Origin: Eledone cirrhosa
Taxonomy: Eukaryota
Direction: 5' to 3'
DNA: 64,000 nucleotides
Assembly (NCBI GenBank): GCA_964016885.1
Contig: OZ024742.1
Coordinates: 39,866,001-39,930,000, forward strand
Both the position numbers and the translations under genes were made by a program. Within the stretch, counting starts at the first letter, position 1; the number at the start of each line of letters is the position of its first letter. Shown in pieces: positions 13,290 through 28,929 of the stretch. A model generated the notes under the pieces. That model was given only the letters and a program-made list of their open reading frames with translations. It did not search any database and was not told the origin of the DNA.

Positions 13290-13465
13290 TTAAATATATA
13301 TATATAAGTTTTAAAAACTTAAAACCACAACTGAATACTAACCCATACAATCACTAATACTCTTTTATTCCTAATTAAACCATTTTTCAACTGTGAACAA
13401 TTTGTCAGCATTTTCTATTCCGTTTACCAATATATAATAACTTGTGTGTTACACCTCTATTCTTT

Positions 13466-13570
<105 letters not shown>

Positions 13571-13863
13571 AAAGTATGTGTGTGTGTGTGTGTGTGTGTG
13601 TGCTTGGTGGTGGAAGGTGGTAATGATGTTTCTGTAAATACTTTTTATCCTCTGTTGAAGGAGACATTTTCTCGCAAGGCCTTACTATAACATCAATCAG
13701 CCAAACATATTTTAACATGAAATGACGGCAATATAGGTTTGGCAAAGTGAGCGCGTTTATATGCAGCCGAAAATATCTCGGGATATTGGAAATACATACG
13801 ACTAGGAATGTTAATTTAGATACCTGAAAATACTTGGGAGCGATTTATAGGGTTCATCTAGAC

Positions 13864-14337
13864 CACCGTTTCTCAACCGAGGCCCACATGGTCCTTGGGG
13901 GTTCAAATACGATTTTGTGGAGTCCAGAAAAGCAAAATAGTAAATTGAGGATTCACGGTAGTATTTTAGAGGTCCATGAAAAATCAGTTGCCTTAGACGT
14001 CTTTATTCCAAGAAACGTTAGAGAAAGAAACCTATGTTTCATTTCATTCTGTGGCGATGGAATAAAAACGCAAGGCAGACATTCAACGGAATACTGTTAC
14101 CATTTATGACTTATTTTACTACTGAATATTCATTTTCCATAGAATTTAGTTTTAAAAATTTATGTGCAATAAATTGGTTATTCAATGCACAAAATATTTA
14201 AACAATTTTTATACAATTCCTAATATTTCATTATAAAAATACAATAACATTTTTTAAAAATCGAATGGCTTTAAGGGTCTACCAGAGTAAAATAGGAATC
14301 AAAGGGGCCCTAAGTTAATAAAGGTTGAGAACCACTG
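13864..14337. mobile_element. Non-autonomous hAT-like element
   Basis: Termini CACCGTTTCTCAACC / GGTTGAGAACCACTG. Confidence 0.65.
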
Positions 14338-14344
14338 ATCTCTC

Positions 14345-14915
14345 AAATGGCTTTTCAAATGTTTTCCACTTGTGACCCTTTCGATTCGATTTTTTTTTTG
14401 GTCCTAATATTCTATAAAAATGGTCCGTGGTAGGAACTAAACAGAGAAGCAAATAAATATTTGATTAAATTTAAAAAACACAAAAATAACAATAAGAATT
14501 CTTTCATTAAGGTGAATGTGGTTATTTATTTCCACACGAGATGGATGTGATTGCACATTTCCACAAAATGAGATGGATGTCATTGTTTATTTTCACACAC
14601 GTGGAAATGCTTTTGCGGTCTTGTCCACGGGGTGCAGCCGCGACCTATGTCTAAATACCATCACTATCCCTCTTCCCCCATTCTCCCATTCTTCTGTGAC
14701 CCAGAGCCCTTGCCCTTCCCTTCATTTTCCATTTTTAAATATCTATAGAGTTCTTATTTGAAATAGATTTGTTTATGATATTAAAAAAAGGTTTTTAAAA
14801 AAATGTGATGAATGTACTTGATTATTTTCACACAATAACTTAAATCAGTGCAGGTCGCAAGGCAATTTCTCTGTGATACTTTGTGGGATCATGACCCATA
14901 GTTTGAGAAGCCCTG
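14345..14915. mobile_element. Degenerate hAT-like element
   Basis: Right terminus GTTTGAGAAGCCCTG; left terminus degenerate. Confidence 0.45.
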
Positions 14916-15281
14916 ATGGCTTATTCAGCCGATCTTGAAGCCTTATCATAAATAGCTGTCAGTTACGAGGGGTTGAATATAAAGCGATTCACTGTTGATT
15001 TCGGAGATGTATATTCAGTTGGTCGATCAACGAAACTACTTTCTCTTTGAATTAACGTGTGACTAACTGAGAATGGACACAATAGTTAAAAGGTTAAGAA
15101 GTTAGTTTCGCAAACAAGAGGTCCCGAGTTTGATCCCACTGCGTGGTTTCTTGGGAAAGTGTCTTTACCGTAGTTAATTTTTGCTGGACCGGCAATCGCT
15201 CTGTATAATCAGCTCCTGATTATTACTGGAATTCTATAAGAATCCAGCTTCAATAATTTTCGGCGGACGCAGGGAGTGCGT

Positions 15282-15323
15282 GGCTCTGATGATCGCCGAA
15301 CAGCGTGAAACAGACTGTTAGCT
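15282..15323 (+). ncRNA. Minimal type-I hammerhead ribozyme
   Basis: GGCT-CTGATGA-T-CGC-CGAACA-GCG-T-GAAA-CAG-A-CTG-TT-AGCT; GUU cleavage triplet. Confidence 0.8.
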
Positions 15324-15447
15324 TCTCTCCCTTCTTTCACCGAAAAGAAGTAAGTGACATAGTCACTACTTTAAAACCGATAGTGTATGGGCTTCTAAAT
15401 GTTTTTAATTAAACATACGGTATATTGCCAAATATACTATTCATACA

Positions 15448-15519
<72 letters not shown>

Positions 15520-15521
<2 letters not shown>

Positions 15522-16188
15522 GACTAGAATGAAACGATATTTCATTTCTCACTCTTAGTACGCCACTTACTTAAATGTAAGTATGTATGTATGTATACGT
15601 ACATACATATATGTATACAGACGTACAGTAGTATGTATATATATATATACATACATGCACACACATATATATATGCACGTATCGGTTTACCGAACATTTA
15701 TTATAATGCTCGGTTTGTTTGTTTGTAAACAAACAAACAGCCCAAATTACGCCGTACAGTGTTTAGGCAACCACGTCACCTTTTTGTTCAACACTGACAC
15801 AGGAACAATGTACTAGTTTCAAGCTTATTAGCTATCGTCAGCATCGTATACCTTCCTGCCAGATGGTTGAACGTCTGAAAGTATATACTTTCCTTATGCA
15901 TATTAACGGCTGAGCAGCCCAATTTGCATATCGAGTAAGATCAGTCGGCTGGGCGCACCGAAAACGATAAATGGAATAGAATGAAACGAAATTTCATTTC
16001 TCACTCTTAGTACGGCACTTACTTAAATGTAAGTATGTATGTATGTATGTATGTATACGTACATATATATATGTATACAGACGTACAGTAGTATGTATAT
16101 ATATACATACATGCACACATATATATATATGCACGTATCGGTTTACCGAACATTTATTATCATGCTCGATTTGTTTGTTTGTAAACAA
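15520..16188 (-). mobile_element. 1.5 tandem copies of a 452-bp hammerhead-containing unit (Penelope pLTR or retrozyme-like)
   Basis: 15520-15728 is repeated at 15972-16188; a related copy lies at 62848-63045. Confidence 0.75.
15805..15847 (-). ncRNA. Minimal type-I hammerhead ribozyme
   Basis: Minus strand ACGATG-CTGACGA-T-AGCT-AATA-AGCT-T-GAAA-CTAG-TA-CATTGT; palindromic stem III, GUA triplet. Confidence 0.8.
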
Positions 16189-16401
16189 TTACTTGCCTTT
16201 CATCCTTACGGGGTCGATAAAATAAAGTACCAGTAATGAACTGGGTAATTGCTGGCCTTGTGCCTAAAGTAGAAACAATTATTACTATATATATAGTAAT
16301 AATAATAAATTTGAAGACTAAAATCCAAAGAGGGCTCGATAAGGATAAATATATATCAAATATATAAGAACCGTAGAGCAAATATTTATTAAAATCTGTT
16401 A

Positions 16402-16472
<71 letters not shown>

Positions 16473-16641
16473 TTGAAACAAAAGAAAAGAATGACTCCAC
16501 TTGTAGTTGGTATTCTATAACAATTTAATGTTATAATTTTGCTATGAATATTAATAAGTCCTTTGTTAAATGGTGGAAAGTTTTTAAAAAATCCTGGTTA
16601 ACTTTCTGGAGAACTTTCTCGCATTCGTTGGTGGCGAATGT

Positions 16642-16694
<53 letters not shown>

Positions 16695-17015
16695 TAAGTT
16701 TGAAGAACAGGCAGCCAAAATATATCCAATTTTTCTTCTCCTTCGTCCGTCGAAATTAACTAGATATATAATCATTTAAACGGAGCTAAGTTTAGAATGT
16801 AACTTTGAAGAAACAACATATAAATGTCATCCTCTGTGAGGAACAATCAGATAAAATTTACCGAGTCATTCCTCTTAGGCCGTAGACAAATAATCAATTA
16901 AAAGTTTGAAGAAAAAATGTATATAAACTTTACCAAAGTTCTTCTAGTTTCGCTCGTACTTTGTAGGTATGTCCAATCCTGGTATTATCCATGAGGTTTC
17001 GAGTTTCTCGAATAT

Positions 17016-17074
<59 letters not shown>

Positions 17075-17854
17075 CATAAAAATAGTTGAACAGTATCTAA
17101 TAAAACCAAAACACACTATTAAAGGGAATAAAAAAGGGAAGGAAAAAATGGAGAGAAGAAAAAAGAATCAAGCAAAGAAAGAAAGAAAGAAAGGAGGAAA
17201 AGACACTATACCCCAGTCTGAGCGGTGCCTCAGCCACGCCCCGCGGACAAAATGGCAAAGGCGTTACCGCAGAGAATGGCCAGAAACACTCACTGCAACT
17301 TCCACCCCACCTCACGGGGCTCCCGCTTCAAGTGGGCCACCATCTTTCCATACGGAAATATGAATATGTATATGTTTTCATATCTACCACCGCAGCTCCA
17401 ATCTAAGACAACCTGTTATGATATATGGAAAGACAAAATAAAACACACACAAAAAAGGAAAATATAACGAAACAAAAAATTCAATCAAAACAAAAACTTT
17501 TAACTAACCTTGGTTTCTTCTTACATAGTCTCTTAGGGATTAATTACTACACTCCAATATTCCTTACATGCCCCACCCCTCTTTGCCTTTCTTTCCTTAT
17601 TCTCTTTAAACTACCTTCTAGCCAGCCTTCCACCCCGCAAAGATTTATTGGTATATTTATTTATGTTTTTAAATGGCTCCTCCGCTTTTTAGATTAAGAG
17701 CCTTTAGCCAGACAGCCCCACCCACTGTCCCATCTGTAATAGCAGGCCCTTTCATTTTCATACAATTATTCTATATAATCTCCAAACTTGATAATATTTT
17801 CAACATTTCAACCCTCGTTTGTCCCCTTATATATATAGTATATATATATATATA

Positions 17855-17923
<69 letters not shown>

Positions 17924-19435
17924 TATATATATAGATATATATGTATGTGTATGTATATATATATTACATATATATATATACACATACATATATATATGTA
18001 TAGTATATATATATACACCCATGCCTGTATACACACATACACATACATATTCAATGAATACCACTTGTATATTTTAATATACCGGATGTAGGTTGGGAGA
18101 ATAACCAAAAGTTTTTTCAACTGTTCTTACTTAAAGGAATGTTATTTCTAGTGTTAAGTCATCCTCTGAGTTTTGGGCAGAAATATCCATTATTTCAATC
18201 CACTAAAGCCCCCCATATTTCCGTGTAATACATATATGTCATATGCCAAATCGATTAATCCAGTTCTTTTTTTTAAATTTTTGCTTTCTTTGGTCTTTTC
18301 CAGAAACATTCACAACCCATTGTTTATTTTACGCTCACTTCCTGTTGCTTCTAATGATATTCACGTGAGAGAACGCTATTCTTTTCATTATTTCTTTTCA
18401 TTTGTGTTCACTCCCATCTTCCACCCACCCACCCGCTACCACAACCACCCGAAACCCACACGCCCGGACCCCAGCCCACTCCATTCTACCTCACAAGCCA
18501 TCGTATTAATTTAACTGCGAATATATTATTGTGGCTTGTAGAAAATGAAATGACAGCTGGCCGAATGAGGTGACCGACGGGCCGACTGACTGAGGTGAGG
18601 TGAGGGAGTCAGCAATTCGTTTCCGGTCCCCGACACCTCACTGAAATCAGTGGTGACTACCCTAGTGGTGACAGTTAATCTCCAGCCAAGTTTCTTCTTA
18701 CCACTGCTTCTGGTTTCACAACCACCACTACCTTCTAGATTCAACGTTTTTTTAATTTCTTTAATTACCAAAACTGGATGTGCAGTATATTGTTGTGGAT
18801 CTACCAACCATAAATAAGGTCTTCCCATACATCGAGGCTATAAAGAAAAGATTCAACAGAAACATTAACTGTTTTATAGTTGTCCTTGTTTTTTTTTTTC
18901 TTTTTCTTATTTTTGTTTCTTTAGCCCATTTTCTCTCCCCGCTCTCTATTGTTTTTGTTTCTTAATGATAAGGTTAGCAGATACCTTTTCTCAGTATGCC
19001 ATAGCTTATTAGCTATACATAGACGTTTAAGTTGAGTAAATAAATAATAAACCACCGTGATGCCGCTTTGTACCACAAGGTGTTAGATTTGTTTAAATCG
19101 CTGTCAGTGAGAGAGGTGTGTTCCAGAGTGAATTTGCACTGCTGGGGTCAAATTCTACCATGCGTATAGCTTGTGTATTTGTGTATACAAGGCGGTGAAT
19201 TAGCTGAATCGCTAGAACGACAGAATACTTCGTGGTATTCATTTCACCCCCACCCCCACCACCATCGCCATCTGAATTCTACGTTTGCGTTCATCCTTTT
19301 ATGGTCGATAAATGAAATGCCAGTTCAATACTGATGACGATACTTCCTCTATCTCTTTTCCTGATATTGTCTCTATTTCTCTCCTCCATTCTCTTGGAAA
19401 AATCGGCTTGATTCAGACCAGGAGAAGGATGGTGG

Positions 19436-19466
<31 letters not shown>

Positions 19467-19910
19467 CAATATGATGATGTCGTTACCATTGATGTACATA
19501 GTAATTGTTTCTACTTTTGGCACAAGGTCAGCAAATACCCAGTACATTACTGGTTCTTTATTCTATCGACCCTGTAAGGTTGAAAGGAAGAGTTAACCTG
19601 GGCGGGATTTGATGTACATAGTAACAGCACTCAGCATGGTTTAACTATCCAAGACGACGGCGCCTCTACTACTACATTAAAGTTCAGGAACCGTGCATGC
19701 ACCAGTGTATACGTGTGTGTCAATCAGTCTACATCTGTGTACGTCTGATGTGTGTGACTACGGTTGTGTGTGTCTAAGTATGCCCATGCTGGGCAACTGG
19801 CAAGCAGGCCTACTCAGGATATCAGAGGTGCGGACAATTTTTAATAACATTTGCGAGCTGCAAATGCAGAAAAACAGATGAGGGTATGCATTTATGTTGA
19901 GAAAAATAAT

Positions 19911-20090
19911 TGTTTCTACTTTTTGGCACAAGGCCAGCAATTATCCAGTGCATTACTGGTACTTTATTTTATCGACCCCGTAAGGATGAAACGCAAAGTT
20001 AACCTCGGCGGGATTTGAACTCAGATCATAAAGGGACGTAATTATATGCTTCAAAGCATGGCGTCCGACTCTCTACCGATACTACCAATC
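19911..20090 (-). mobile_element. OK-like SINE with TSD; another truncated copy at 19501-19612
   Basis: TSD AAAATAAT at 19903-19910 and 20091-20098. Confidence 0.9.
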
Positions 20091-20438
20091 AAAATAATGC
20101 ATTTTTAATTGTGTATGATGAGACTCTGTCGTTATTCCAACGCAACTCAGTAAACTAACAAAAACACTTGTTCACCAGAGTAATGATATGTGTCTCTATT
20201 CTAATTCATAAGAAGTGTCTGAGCATAAAACCAATCTCTTATGCAGAGGCAGACAGGCTATACGGGCATTTGAGCCATACCCGGTGCACAAAGATTGAAA
20301 AGAATATGGAGCTGAACACTAGAAACACGCCTTTGGACCTTAGCCTTCAGCAGTTAGTCCCGTAGAAGGCCATTTCTATATTAAACACTCTACTATGTAC
20401 TTACTTACTTACTGTGGTTACCCCCGATTGAACCCGGG

Positions 20439-20577
<139 letters not shown>

Positions 20578-21306
20578 GCAAGATAATCCAGTCACTATGA
20601 TTCATATTGACATTTTTTTTAGTAACCATTTCTAACTTTCTAAAATAAGCTATTACATTATTGGACTGGATCGATAAAATCGATTGAGTTTATGTCTGGT
20701 TATTATTTTACAAAGGCGGTGAAGTGGCAGAGTCGTTAGAACGTCGAATATGCTTTGCAGTATTTGTCATGGCATCCAAATCTTCCCGAAGCCAGCTTTG
20801 TCTTCCATCCTTCGGGATCGATAGATAAAGTACCAGTCTAGTACCGGGCTCAATTCCTCCTCTATATCTCTTTCTCACACCTCCCCCTCTCTCTCTCTCT
20901 GTCGGGTGCGCTCTCTTTCTCTGTGTTTAGACCTAGAGAAGGATGAGCTCCACCACCAGAGACACGCCGTATGTGATTACGACGCTCCTACAACCATTAA
21001 GTGTTAATGAATCAGTGACAGCGATAGTGACTTATTTTCCTGACCACAGAGGGACAATGTGTCAAGTCGACTCAGAACGAGAAGAGACGAAACTTAATAC
21101 TACTAAAATGCTTTTTCTCTTATACTTTACTGTTTCGTCCTTCTCCAACGTTTTGAATGAGCGAAAAACAATTAAAAGCTTACAATGTATATAATCAGTG
21201 ACGGCGCTGCCATTAAGGTCAACTTGACAGTCGCTTAGGGCGTATACCTCAGAGTAGAATCTTACTGAACCTTAAAGAATCCCGTTTTTATACGAATATG
21301 TATAAT

Positions 21307-21745
21307 GATTTCTAGCATAGGCACAAGGCCAGTAATTTGGGGGAGGGGACAGTCGATTAAATCGACCCCAATACGTTACTGGTACTTCATTTTATCGACC
21401 CCGTAAGGATGAAAGGCAAAGTTATCCTCGGCGAGATTTGAACTCAGATCATAAAAGGCCGTAACTCTATGCTGCAAAGCATGGAGTCCGAATCCCTACC
21501 GATACTTCCAATCCACCACCCTCAATAATGGTTTCTTATATAGGCACAAGGCCAGCAATTTTGAGGGAGGGGAAAGTTGATTAAATCGACCCCAGTACGT
21601 TACTGGTGCTTTATTTTATCGACCCCGTAAGGATGAAAGGCAAAGTTAACCTCGGTGGGATTTGAACTCAGACCGTAACGGGCCGTAACTCTATGCTGCA
21701 AAGCATGGTGTCCGACTCTCTACCGATACTGCCAATCCACCGTCC
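21307..21745 (-). mobile_element. Two head-to-tail OK-like SINEs bounded by one TSD
   Basis: Copies ~21307-21521 and ~21524-21745; TSD TATGTATAAT at 21297-21306 and 21747-21756. Confidence 0.9.
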
Positions 21746-21819
21746 TTATGTATAATCAAATCAAATGCATAATAGTTTCATGCGATCAATAAATAAATCG
21801 CTAAACGTCTTTGCTGCGT

Positions 21820-22200
21820 AGCAGCGTTGTGGAAACATCCAAAACGGCGAGGAGAGTCGTATAATGTAATGATATGTGACGTGGTTTGGCGTGGTAAAAT
21901 GTGGATTGGTAGTGGAAAATATAGGCTTGGTAACTTTGTTAGTGTGGTCAGAGAAAGGAATCAGAAATTAGGATTGACAGCTTACCAGACTATAAGTTGA
22001 ACTTATTTTATTTGGGAGAATATAGCACAACGTAAAGCTACACTAGGGTGCTAAATATTCAGTCACACATTGTAGAATTAGACAGGGGTGCTAAATACTC
22101 AGTTAAAGTTATTTCATTTGAGAGAACGGGGTACATAACTAGGAAAATGGCATACATGTTGTAAACCTAGTCTATGGCATAAACACCCAGACACCGGCTT
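21820..22200. repeat. Dispersed repeat with a 40-bp-unit tail (copy 2)
   Basis: Similar to 1565-1830 and 28930-29380. Confidence 0.65.
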
Positions 22201-22289
22201 TGCACATAATGCAGGGCGGTTTCGTTTCTCTAAATATTAATTCGCAAGACTTCAGAGAGTGAATTATGAACGCTGTTAACTACCAATGT

Positions 22290-22670
22290 CCGTGTGTGTG
22301 GTGGATCTTGATCGATTCCGACAACGGGTAATAGGGTAGTTTGATCAACGGAACAGCCTACTGGTGACACTCACATGCATGTTGCTGTGTATTCTGCATG
22401 CACCCTTAACGCAATTCTCAGTGAGCATTCCACGGAGACCTGAACTCTTAACGTAATTCTCAAGAAGATTCAGCGTGACAGTGTGACATGGCTCGGCTGG
22501 CTCTTTGAGTTATTGGTACAACCTATTTTTTTCAATTGAGTGGACTGGAGTAAAGTGAAACAAAGTTCCTTGCTCAAAGACACAACATGGTGCCTTGTCT
22601 GGGAATCGAACTCACTAGCTTACGATCGTGAACGAAACACTCCTAAAAATCAAGCCATACGCCATCACTA
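22290..22670 (-). mobile_element. OR2-like tRNA-derived SINE
   Basis: Reverse of B box GAGTTCGATTCCC, core TTGAGCAAGGAACTTT, tail CACGCTGAATCTT...GAGAATTACGTTAAG. Confidence 0.75.
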
Positions 22671-22794
22671 ATACCAATGTAAACTCAAGATATTAATATT
22701 TCCAGGATTTTCTTTACCAAATTTAATTTATCCAGCAACATTTGAGAAAGTAAGAGAAGGATTGTAACTTAAAACATGCAAATTGTCTATTGGA

Positions 22795-23857
<1,063 letters not shown>

Positions 23858-23883
23858 CAAACACACACACACACACACACACG

Positions 23884-24570
<687 letters not shown>

Positions 24571-25334
24571 GCCTGAATACACCATATTTCTTCAAGAGAA
24601 AGATAGAAAGTGAGAGAGAGGAAATAAAAAAGAGATATAGAGGAAGAATCCACCCCAGTATTAGACTGGTACTTTTTTATCGACCTCGAAAGGATGAAAG
24701 GCAAGGTTGACCTCAGAGAACAGAGAGCTGGAACGAATAATATAAAGTATTGTATCCGACGTTCTTGCAAATTCGCCGCCTGTTGGTGTATATATCGACC
24801 GAATAGCGTTCTTCATATGTCACCTTGAGAATGGTGACTGCAGCATGGCTGAATGGTTAAGAATTTCACTTTGTACTCATGAGAATGCTGGTTTGATCCC
24901 ATTGTGTGGAAACCCGTCGGATTGACAGTATTTGTAATTCAAAAGGCCAGTCTTGTCGATAAGTGTCTCGTTGAATCTCTCGAAGAATATCGTTAAATGT
25001 ACAGTTATCTGTAGAATACTCAGCTCTCACGAGCAGGCTGTTCTGATAATGGAACAACTGGAACACTCATCGCCGAAATTGATGGAAGTCCATTCCACGC
25101 CTTCCTCATTGGGAGCTTAGCTTTCATTTGGATACATAAATACTTCATCTATATAATAGGCTTGTTCCCAGTGGAGCAGTTTTCTGTTGTATACTTTTGG
25201 GACGATATTTTAATCGCAGTTCACAATTACCATAGGCTCTGGTTACAACTAGGTTTATCAGTTATCATTTCCGATAATGTGTCTACTAGGTCTGTCGAAA
25301 GAGTTTCCGATCTTAAGCTGGAGATAATGTACTT

Positions 25335-26000
25335 GGAGGGGTTCAATTACTAATTCCCCTGCGAATTAGGACCCTTGTGTCTCCACATACCATACTTAGT
25401 CTAACGATCCTTCCACTGTCCGAAGCACGTCTGGAATATTTCTTCCGGGATGGCTCTCAGCTCTAACGCAGTCTCTATGTTGTCCACTCAGCTCTCAAAG
25501 CAGGGGCCATTCAGTAGCATTTTCATTTTTAGGAACAACCAAAAGTCAGAAGGAGCTATGTCTAGAGAAAATGGAAGTTGGGGAATGAGCGAAATGATTT
25601 TCTTTGCCAAGAAACCTTGAATAAGCTCGAATAAGCCTCGAATAAGCCTCGAATAAGCCAACACGTTGTCATAATGCAACTGCCAGTTTTGCAAGGCCTG
25701 AAGTACGGTCTCTTGCGCCGGACTGCATCATGAAGACGTCAGATGACTTTCTGATAGTATTCCTCTGTAACCATTTATCTTTCAGGATGAACAATGCCCC
25801 GGGGAATGAAGAAAACAATCTGCATCACCTTTATTTTGCTCCGCACCTGATGTGCTTTTGGCCCTTGGGGACGTTGGATGCATCCACTGTGATGACTGAG
25901 CTATGGTTTTCGGGTGGTACCCGTACGCCCACGATCCATCTCCAATCATCAGAGTATTCAAGAACTCAGGATTCTTATTGGCAGTATCAGGCGAAATGAA
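25335..26000 (-). pseudogene. Decayed mariner transposase
   Basis: Motif remnants IGDGSWAYGY (ITGDESW), KVMQIVFF, AVRRKRP, LHYDN, FSLDIAPSDFWLF (YSPDLAPSD); stops and frameshifts. Confidence 0.85.
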
Positions 26001-26067
26001 AATGTAACGAGTAAGTAGTAAAGTAACTCACATATTGGAGGCATCCAGCGTGCTTGCCAAAATCCAC

Positions 26068-26250
26068 AGGATTGGCAGTATCAGTAGAGGGTCGGTTGCC
26101 ATGCTTTGCAGCAAAGAGTTACGGCCGTTTATGGTCTGAGTTCAAATCCCGCCGAGGTTAACTTTGCCTTTCATCCTTACGGGGTCGATAAAATAAAGTG
26201 CCAGTAATACACTGAGATAGTTGCTGGCCTTGTGCCAAAAAAGTAGAAAT
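26068..26250 (+). mobile_element. OK-like SINE
   Basis: Matches family consensus. Confidence 0.88.
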
Positions 26251-27041
26251 AAGGTCGGACACTTTCTAGACACACACCATATATCTTTGGTCTTTGATAC
26301 TGGCAGGTATCAAAGACTGAATATAAGACACTGCGACCTTCATGAGATATATCTTTGGTTCTAATATTTTCTACTTCCGAACAAACTTTTCCAGTTGTTT
26401 TTTTTTATTTTATTTTATTTTATTTTATTTTATTTTATGGTGCGAAAATGTTGCAATTATTGACCCCCAGGTTGATAATAATCGATCAGACCTATGATTA
26501 AAAACACTCCAGCCATGGCCAGTCTTTCTTATAAAAGTATCATAGATTACAATATTTAGTCTTTCATACATGTATGTGTGTTTCTGTATCTGTGAGTGTG
26601 TGTGTGTGTGAGACAGAGAGACAAACAGACACACGTAAAGAGACAAACAGACAAACAGACAGACAGACAAACAGACAGACATATAAAGAGAGAGACAAAC
26701 AGACAGAAAGAGAGAGACAGACAGATAGACTGATAGAGACAAACAGACAGAGAAGATGTGTGTGAAAGCATGTGACCTAGTGGTTACAATGTAAGGCGCA
26801 CGATCTGAAGGTTGTAGAGTTTCATTCCCAGATTGGGTAGCGTGTTGTGTCCTTAGGCAAGATATTTCATTTTTCGTAGTTTTAGTACATTCAGCTGAAA
26901 ATGAGGACCAGCAGTGGCTGGGGTTAATACCACGATGTGTTGGTGTCCCACCAAGGAAAAGTAATGCATTCTCGGCTACTTAACACCGCATGCAACCAGG
27001 ACAAGCTCAGATTAGCTGTATCCTCCTAACCCTCCTTGAAT

Positions 27042-27225
27042 GTCGGACACCATGCTTTGTGGCATAGAGTTACAGTCATTTACGTTCTGAGTTCAAATCC
27101 CGCGGAGGTTAGCTTTGCCTTTCATCCTTTCGGGGGTCGATAAAATAAAGTACCATAAAGGTCGATTTAATTGACTTTTCCCTCCCTAAAAAATTGTTGG
27201 CCTTGTGCCTAAATCAGAAACAATT
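27042..27225 (+). mobile_element. 5'-truncated OK-like SINE
   Basis: Matches family consensus. Confidence 0.85.
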
Positions 27226-27773
27226 ATTGAAATTATTATTATTCAATTTAGATTAAGTTTTTCAGGAAACAAAGTCACTTTTGTATATCGCCTTCTTCCC
27301 ATCCACCATTTTTTTTTTGTATATTTTCAGCCTTCTTCTTTATTTTCTAAATCTGTCTTCTCTCTTCATTCTCCTTTCTTTTTCTCTATCTATCTTTATT
27401 GTAGTGTGAATGAGGAAACAGACATTGTCACCCCGACCCCCTTTTTTTTCTAAATCACTACAATTGACATACTGTTCTCCTCGTCTTACCTCACTTAATG
27501 GCCATTAAGATAGGTTGGTCCCCTTGTACGGGTACGTTTATATATACACACATACACACACACACATATGTATATATGTGTGTGTGTGTATATAAATACA
27601 CACATATATACACTTGTGTTATAGGGTGTTTCCTAATTGGTAGCTGGGGCTGTGATTGTGTTGCTCCAATCAGAAAAACTTTGCATAATACGTTAAAAGT
27701 ACTCGACGCATGTGTATTCTACCAATTTTGATGTGTCAACGCATGTGTAGCATATGGCGGAGTTCAATATAAT

Positions 27774-28038
27774 AATAATACAATACAAAGGCTAGATTAC
27801 ATAACTTCTTTAATTACACAATTAGCCTTAATACGTATTTCTGTTGTGAAATAGTTACGTCATGATACTATGACATAATCCACGACATGACTTCTTCAGA
27901 TAGATTACCTAATGGGCCTTCTGAAGACGCTGTGTCGTGGGTTACGTCATGATACCATGACGTAACCATTTCACCACGTATTAGGGCTAATTGTGTCATT
28001 AAAGAAGTTATGGAATCTAGTTTTCGTATTGTATTATT
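27774..28038. mobile_element. Diverged foldback with hammerhead remnants in both arms
   Basis: Arms ~27774-27900 / 27920-28038; CTGAAGA in both; GAAA-TACGTA only in the left arm. Confidence 0.6.
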
Positions 28039-28042
28039 AAAA

Positions 28043-28259
28043 GGGCGGTGGATTGGCAGTATTGGTAGAGGGTCAGACGCCATGCTTTGTAGCATAAAGT
28101 TATGGCTCTTTATGATCTGAATTCAAATCCCGCCGAGGTTAACTTTGCCTTTCATCCTTAAAGTGTCGATAAAATAAAGTACCAGTCACGCACTGGGGTC
28201 GGTTTAATCAACTTTCCTCTCTCCCCAAATTGTTGGCCTTGTGCCTATATAAAAAAGCC
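28043..28259 (+). mobile_element. OK-like SINE with TSD
   Basis: TSD ATTATTAAAA at 28033-28042 and 28260-28269. Confidence 0.9.
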
Positions 28260-28270
28260 ATTATTAAAAC

Positions 28271-28301
<31 letters not shown>

Positions 28302-28493
28302 CACACGCGCATATATAAATATGTTGGACTAACGTTGTTTCCGGCGACGAATGTTCCAGTTGATTCAATCATCTAACTGCCCGTGAAATTAACGTGTAAG
28401 TGGCTGAGCATTCCACAGCGTGACACAATATGCATAAAAGCTGCTCCCTTGAATTACAAACATAACTAATCTTCGCCACCTCCGTTGCCCGTG

Positions 28494-28895
28494 AGGGTAC
28501 GTGGCTTAGTGGTTAGCGATGTTTTATTCATGATTGTAAGGTTATGAGTTTGATTTTCAGACTGGGCAGCGCGCTGTGTCCTTAAGTAAGACATTTTATT
28601 TCACGATGAATCTTCTTGAGAACTACGTTAAGGCTACATGAGGTTATGGAATACTCAGCCACATACATTGTATCATTCAACAAAACATTTTATTTAACAT
28701 TGTGCCAATTCACTCAACTGTCAAAATTGTGTTGTACCTGTAATTCAATGGGACAGCTTTATGTCACACCGAATCTCCCTGAGAACTAACTTATGCGTAC
28801 ACGTACTTGTAGTATGCTCAGCCACTGGCACCTTAATTTCATGAACAGTTTGTTCATTGATGAAACAACTGGAACGCTCATGGTCCGTACCGATG
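28494..28895 (+). mobile_element. OR2-like SINE, internally rearranged
   Basis: Head GTGGCTTAGTGGTTAG; the tail segment GAATCT...GAGAACTA occurs twice. Confidence 0.7.
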
Positions 28896-28929
28896 GTGAT
28901 TGTGTATGCATGTGTCTGTATGTGAAATG

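Noticed and set aside
16930-17012. Minus-strand CGAGC-GAAA-CTAG hammerhead-like half
   Set aside because: No CUGANGA box or NUH triplet; too degenerate to call.
17090-18560. Possible decayed LINE fragments between TA tracts
   Set aside because: No motif could be read with confidence.
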